IMG/VR virus record: IMGVR_UViG_2700989535_000004
Location: 1 to 9,780 of that record
Strand: one strand, 5' to 3'
Source of the DNA: a virus
Lineage: Duplodnaviria; Heunggongvirae; Uroviricota; Caudoviricetes
DNA: 9,780 bases
Below the pieces are notes generated by a model. That model was not told where the DNA came from, made no database searches, and was given only the letters and a program-made list of their open reading frames with translations. The stretch's first letter is position 1, and every line of letters starts with the position of its first letter. A program made the translations under genes and the position numbers. Positions 6,730 to 9,780 of this stretch are shown one piece after another.

Positions 6730-7025
6730 TTCTTGCCCCTGAATCCGTTAATCATGGTTTTCAGCTTCTGGATGTTTGCCCGTGCCCTGGCGTTGCTGGT
6801 GGGCACGTTATGCGGCGCGGTCTGTACCAGAGAAAAATCACACCGGAACTGATAAACAGGCATCACGCAATCATATTCGTAACCTTCACGGCGGTAGATT
6901 ACGCGCCGTTCTTCCACGCCCTTAATCATTACCGTGCCGCCGTACTGGTCGCGGTAAATATCACCGCGCGTAAATTTAGGGTGAGTGTTGCCACTGGCAG
7001 TTAAGCCAGAATATTTAAGTTTCAT
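6726..7025 (-). CDS. Hypothetical protein (99 aa)
   Basis: ATG at 7023-7025 with SD GGAGA upstream; stop overlaps the replicase start. Tight operon context; no family recognised. Confidence 0.5.
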   Translation of the reverse strand: MKLKYSGLTASGNTHPKFTRGDIYRDQYGGTVMIKGVEERRVIYRREGYEYDCVMPVYQFRCDFSLVQTAPHNVPTSNARARANIQKLKTMINGFRGKK

Positions 7026-7030
7026 TATTT

Positions 7031-7264
7031 TTATTCTCCGGTGTGCTGTTCTTTATATCTGTCGTGCAATAGATCTATTTCTTGCAGTTCCATTATTACA
7101 GGCTCAAGAAGCGTTATTAATGCCGTGGCAATTCTTGATTTTTGTTTGTCGCATTCATTGTCGCCAAGTGTTTCAAGCCATATGCGCAATATTTCCAGCA
7201 TGTTTTCACTGTGAGAAAGTGCAAGAAATGCGCGGTCTATTGTTTCGTGGTAAATATCACGCAT
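7031..7264 (-). CDS. Hypothetical protein (77 aa)
   Basis: ATG at 7262-7264 with SD GAGGA (about 8-nt spacer); 5-nt gap to the next gene. No family recognised. Confidence 0.45.
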   Translation of the reverse strand: MRDIYHETIDRAFLALSHSENMLEILRIWLETLGDNECDKQKSRIATALITLLEPVIMELQEIDLLHDRYKEQHTGE

Positions 7265-7490
7265 GGCTTACATCCTCAGGAAATTTTCTTCTGTAACGCG
7301 CCTCTGCCACATATTCCGCATAATCGGCGGCGATATTCAGTACATCAAGCCCCGTTGATTTATATTCTCTCGTGGAAAGTAAGAAAAAAGCCGCTCTAAT
7401 AAGCTCTGGCATTGACGAAAGCGCATCAGCCGCATCATCAGGAACGCCGGAAAATTCCTGTTTCAGGGAATTAAAACGATCATCACGCAT
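7257..7490 (-). CDS. Hypothetical protein (77 aa); possibly the C-terminal half of a frameshifted gene
   Basis: ATG at 7488-7490 lies 2 nt downstream of a G9 tract on the coding strand, which could serve as a G-rich SD. The frame is closed 6 codons upstream of the ATG. See finding on the homopolymer. Confidence 0.4.
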   Translation of the reverse strand: MRDDRFNSLKQEFSGVPDDAADALSSMPELIRAAFFLLSTREYKSTGLDVLNIAADYAEYVAEARYRRKFPEDVSHA

Positions 7491-7723
7491 AACCCCCCCC
7501 CATTTTCACAATCAGCAATCAGGATGGCTTTGGCCTCATTCAGCGCCATATCCGCACTAAGTTGCATAACCGCCAGCGAATGAGGAACGAAAGCCCCGGC
7601 ATATTCTGTTTCACTGGTAGCGTGCTTATGCGCCCTGTCCGCGATAACAGAAATATCAATCAGCGCATCAATCAGTGTTTTGATTGCTTCGGCGGCTGCG
7701 TCCGGACGGGTGTTATTGCACAT
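7463..7723 (-). CDS. Hypothetical protein (86 aa); possibly the N-terminal half of a frameshifted gene
   Basis: ATG at 7721-7723 with SD AGGGGGT (5-nt spacer). The reading frame passes through the G9 tract (encoding GGG) and stops 28 nt later, overlapping the next ORF. Confidence 0.4.
   Translation of the reverse strand: MCNNTRPDAAAEAIKTLIDALIDISVIADRAHKHATSETEYAGAFVPHSLAVMQLSADMALNEAKAILIADCENGGGLCVMIVLIP
7493..7501 (-). repeat. Homopolymeric tract: C9 on the plus strand, G9 on the coding strand
   Basis: Read directly (aaCCCCCCCCCatttt). Sits exactly at the junction of two overlapping out-of-frame ORFs. Confidence 0.95.
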
Positions 7724-7919
7724 GGTGCACCCCCTGACGAATACGGGCGGCGAATACCATCACGCAGCCAGCCGGTGATTGCTGACGGGCTTCCTGTTCG
7801 CTGGTGGCCTCAATGGTAATCACGCGCGGTTGTGCCGTACTCAGGGCGATAAAACGCCAGATGTATTTATTCAGGTTGTGCGAGTCCCGCCCTTGCGGGT
7901 GTATGGTATGATTTCTCAT
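7713..7919 (-). CDS. Hypothetical protein (68 aa), first gene of the minus-strand operon
   Basis: ATG at 7917-7919 with SD GAGG (5-nt spacer). The six-frame ORF extends to a TTG at 8009, but that extension would cover the leader hairpin and has no RBS. Confidence 0.4.
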   Translation of the reverse strand: MRNHTIHPQGRDSHNLNKYIWRFIALSTAQPRVITIEATSEQEARQQSPAGCVMVFAARIRQGVHHVQ

Positions 7920-8017
7920 AGCAGCCTCGATAATCTTGCTATCGTTGGTGGTTAGACGCCCCGTATGTGTTTCCGGCACTGCGGGGCGTTGCTCTTTGTA
8001 TTTCAACAATTCTTTTG

Positions 8018-8096
8018 GTGTGTTTCATGTTATGAGCGCATGAAACACACGTCAAGGCTTTTTGTATTTCTTTTTTTGTGTATACTGAAACACACC
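8018..8096. promoter_or_regulatory. Divergent promoter/operator region: perfect 12-bp inverted repeat overlapping a minus-strand sigma70-like promoter, plus a third half-site at the plus-strand promoter
   Basis: GTGTGTTTCATG (8018-8029), 9-bp spacer, CATGAAACACAC (8039-8050). Minus-strand promoter: -35 TTGACG (revcomp of 8050-8055), 17-bp spacer, -10 TAACAT (revcomp of 8027-8032). Third half-site TGAAACACAC at 8086-8095 just downstream of a plus-strand -10-like TATACT (8081-8086). A fourth GTGTTTC lies at 7967-7973 inside a leader hairpin (ACGCCCCG 7956-7963 / CGGGGCGT 7982-7989). Confidence 0.5.
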
Positions 8097-8116
8097 GATG
8101 ATTAGGAGTTTCAGAA

Positions 8117-8422
8117 ATGGCAACGGCTAACAAAAACGCAAAATCACAACTGACAACTGTCAGAGTCCCACTAGATGTTATGCAAGGGATGGAATCCGTT
8201 AAGCTGGACGGCGAAAGCAATGCCGGATTTATCGTAACCGCCATGCGCGGAGAAATAGCCCGCCGCCAAGCAGAAGGCAGCGGAGAAAATCCCCTTGTGT
8301 CGTCACTGGATGCCCTGGCTAAGGTCGAACAAATCGGCATCAAAGCAGCGGAAGAAATCGGGCAGCTTGTCACCGTTGCACGCGAAGAACTCCAGCGTCG
8401 CAAGACCAAAGAACCAGAGTAA
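8117..8422 (+). CDS. Putative ribbon-helix-helix (RHH) DNA-binding protein, 101 aa; candidate island repressor
   Basis: Strong SD (TAGGAG, 8-nt spacer). N-terminal segment QLTTVRVPLDVMQGMESVKLDGESNAGFIVTAMRGEIARR fits a beta-strand/helix/helix RHH pattern. Operator-like repeats lie just upstream and an intrinsic terminator downstream on the same strand. Composition is A/E/K-rich, unlike the Ser/Arg/Cys-rich opposite-strand reading. Confidence 0.6.
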   Translation: MATANKNAKSQLTTVRVPLDVMQGMESVKLDGESNAGFIVTAMRGEIARRQAEGSGENPLVSSLDALAKVEQIGIKAAEEIGQLVTVAREELQRRKTKEPE

Positions 8423-8479
8423 TCACCATCAGCGCCGTGGTGTAAGGTATTACGGCGCATTGCTATGCAGGACAACACA

Positions 8480-8653
8480 ATGACCGATAAAGAATTGACC
8501 AAAACATTATCACCGGCACGGAAAAGACGGCGCAGAAAGATAGAGCATGAATCAGAAAGATTCGCGCCATGTGCTTTTGCTCTTGAGAAATTCCTTAAAG
8601 AGCACAGGAAAAAGCTCTCGTTGCAAACCTTGGAACGAACCAAATCTGACTGA
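8480..8653 (+). CDS. Small basic protein (57 aa), co-transcribed with the RHH gene
   Basis: ATG at 8480 with AGGA 7 nt upstream; the ORF-track start at 8465 has no SD. Contains an RKRRRRK block. Followed 80 bp later by an intrinsic terminator. Confidence 0.4.
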   Translation: MTDKELTKTLSPARKRRRRKIEHESERFAPCAFALEKFLKEHRKKLSLQTLERTKSD

Positions 8654-8732
8654 TCACATTGCCCACCAGCCGCAAATGTGGCATTGTTGGTGATGCTCAT
8701 GCGTTGGGGATAACGTGTAGCTTGTGTCGAGG

Positions 8733-8761
8733 GGCCACCGTAGCGGGTGGCCTTTGTTTTG
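8733..8761 (+). terminator. Rho-independent terminator of the plus-strand cassette
   Basis: GGCCACC (8733-8739), loop gtagcg, GGTGGCC (8746-8752), then TTTGTTTTG. The U-tract is on the plus strand only. Confidence 0.6.
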
Positions 8762-8763
8762 CC

Positions 8764-9129
8764 TGTTATCCGGCAATTGTGGCGCTTCGCCACACGGTTG
8801 ATATAATCCCACTGCTCAGATTCATTTTTTGCGCAGTAGGTTAATTGTTCACAAAGGCGCTCCGGCAACGGGGCGCTTTTTGTTTTTATTAGTTTGTAGA
8901 AACCTGACTCAGAGATAATGCTCATATTCTGATTGCCGTCAGGGGTGTAAGTTAAATTTACTCCCTTTTTATCATCAAACATCTGCAACGCTCTGGCGTT
9001 AACAATATTGGTTTCACTCCCTCCAGTAAGGCCGGAAATAACCGGAATAATTTCGGCAAAATTTTGCAGATTCTGTTTTTCAGGACGAACGAAGCCCCGC
9101 CCTTGTTCGGGAGAATATCCAGTATTCAT
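8764..9129 (-). CDS. Hypothetical protein with a possible Bro-N-like motif; 3' boundary undefined, possibly a truncated remnant
   Basis: ATG at 9127-9129 with only a weak SD. The segment PDGNQNMSIISESGFYKLIKTKSAP resembles the Bro-N core (GGKQ.MT.INESGLYSLI..S.KP), but the N-terminal Bro-N signature is not evident. The ORF formally continues without a stop to 7939, across the plus-strand terminator, cassette and promoter region; I list only the 5' part, ended at an arbitrary in-frame position. Confidence 0.3.
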
Positions 9130-9181
9130 GGTTAGATCTCTGTATTAGTGGATGGGTGGCGGCTGTGTGCCGCCAGCCTGA

Positions 9182-9370
9182 TTAGTGAACTGCCTCGCAG
9201 CTTTCCTTCCATGCCAGAACTTCGGATAAAGACCAGCCAACGGAACGACCGCCGAGCTTACGCCGTGATGGGAATTGTCCGGTTTTTTCCAGGCGGTACC
9301 GACATGAACGGCTCAGGCCTGTAAGTTGCTGACATTCTTTTTCACGTATAAAGCGATCTGTGCTTAACAC
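9182..9370 (-). CDS. alpA: AlpA-family transcriptional regulator / excision-associated HTH protein (62 aa)
   Basis: DRFIREKECQQLTGLSRSCRYRLEKTGQFPSRRKLGGRSVGWSLSEVLAWKE matches the AlpA/Vis-type HTH. Start taken at GTG 9368-9370, preceded by SD AAGGGGGA (3-nt spacer); the 118-aa ORF-track start at 9538 has no comparable RBS. Confidence 0.75.
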   Translation of the reverse strand: MLSTDRFIREKECQQLTGLSRSCRYRLEKTGQFPSRRKLGGRSVGWSLSEVLAWKESCEAVH

Positions 9371-9403
9371 AATTCCCCCTTTGATATTTCTTAAAGAGTT
9401 ATT

Positions 9404-9450
9404 TGGTGTCCTATTGTGTTGTGGTGCGTCGGATTGTGTCAGGGTGTTTA
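9404..9450. repeat. Five (T/G)GTGT(C/T)-type motifs at 10-bp phasing upstream of alpA
   Basis: TGGTGTC 9404-9410, TTGTGTT 9414-9420, GGTGCGTC 9423-9430, TTGTGTC 9434-9440, GGTGTTT 9444-9450. Confidence 0.7.
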
Positions 9451-9664
9451 TGGAATGGCAAACACTGGCGGCGGTCATTTTACAGAAGTGTGGTAATGAG
9501 AATAAAAACTCTTTTAATTCATTGTGGTGCAAAGGCATAAAATTCTGTTTTTACGCCTTTTTTACATGTTTTTAAGAGTGATTCGCCAATGTACAAAAAG
9601 CCAGTAAAACGACTGAAAATCAACTTTTTAGGGTGTCAGTCAGATGTTAATCAAGTTTGTTCCA

Positions 9665-9715
9665 GATTGTTCGCCGTTGTTCGTCGTGGTGTCTCGTTGT
9701 TTCACGTTGTGTCAG
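9665..9715. repeat. Five tandem 10-bp units ending in (C)GTTGT, with TTGTGTCAG
   Basis: Motifs (G/C)(A/G)T(T/G)GT at 9665, 9675, 9685, 9695 and 9705. The 9-mer TTGTGTCAG occurs at 9707-9715 and at 9434-9442; GGTGTCAG at 9632-9639. Confidence 0.7.
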
Positions 9716-9780
9716 TTCTAAAAAATCGCAAAAAAAATTATATTTCTCTGGCTATTGGCAGTGTGGTTACGTTTTTGTGA

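Larger units (their letters stand above)
1290..9780. mobile_element. Integrated phage satellite (PICI-like, lambdoid-helper-dependent) island; left end near 1290-1340, right end beyond the window
   Basis: Gene content and order: alpA, replication module with iteron origin and SSB, capsid E/D homologs, cos and terS, all on one strand, abutting a host gene. No integrase or att core is visible in the window. Confidence 0.6.

Noticed and set aside
7920-8009. The longer version of the 68-aa ORF starting at a TTG at 8009
   Set aside because: The extension would overlap the leader hairpin, and the internal ATG at 7919 has a proper GAGG Shine-Dalgarno.
9371-9538. The 118-aa version of AlpA starting at 9538
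   Set aside because: The AlpA-family domain begins at a GTG at 9370 that has a strong AAGGGGGA Shine-Dalgarno; the upstream 56 codons have no RBS and no counterpart in AlpA proteins.
9360-9780. Plus-strand ORFs 9360-9575 and 9589-9780 upstream of alpA, as a possible integrase or regulator
   Set aside because: The translations are low-complexity (Cys/Phe/Val-rich), the region is dominated by 10-bp phased repeats, and nothing resembles a tyrosine recombinase; it is more likely regulatory DNA.

Overview
The window holds one host gene (a Smr-domain protein, 1-564, minus strand) followed by about 8.5 kb of what reads as an integrated, lambda-dependent phage-satellite (PICI-like) island running from about 1300 past the window end, encoded almost entirely on the minus strand. 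In transcription order (high to low coordinates) it carries: an AlpA-family regulator (9370-9182); a Bro-N-like ORF of uncertain extent; a plus-strand cassette (RHH-type putative repressor 8117-8422 plus a small basic protein) with its own operator/promoter and intrinsic terminator; a tightly packed minus-strand operon of five small unknown ORFs and a RepA/AAA_25-type replicase (6729-5314) driven from a sigma70-like promoter at 8027-8055; an iteron origin (5114-5316); a small ORF plus SSB (5112-4442); and a head/packaging module made of a lambda gpE-like major capsid protein (4230-3184), a gpD-like decoration protein (3174-2833), a second AlpA/Xis-like HTH protein (2821-2438), a complete lambda-type cos site (2420-2262, with cosN GGGCGGCGACCT on the minus strand at 2381-2370) and a Nu1-like small terminase (2236-1694). 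No large terminase, portal, protease/scaffold, tail or integrase gene is visible in the window. The most interesting reading is a satellite that supplies its own capsid shell protein, decoration protein and cosB/TerS specificity while relying on a lambdoid helper for everything else. All homology calls come from reading the translations against remembered reference proteins and sequences; no search or computation was run.
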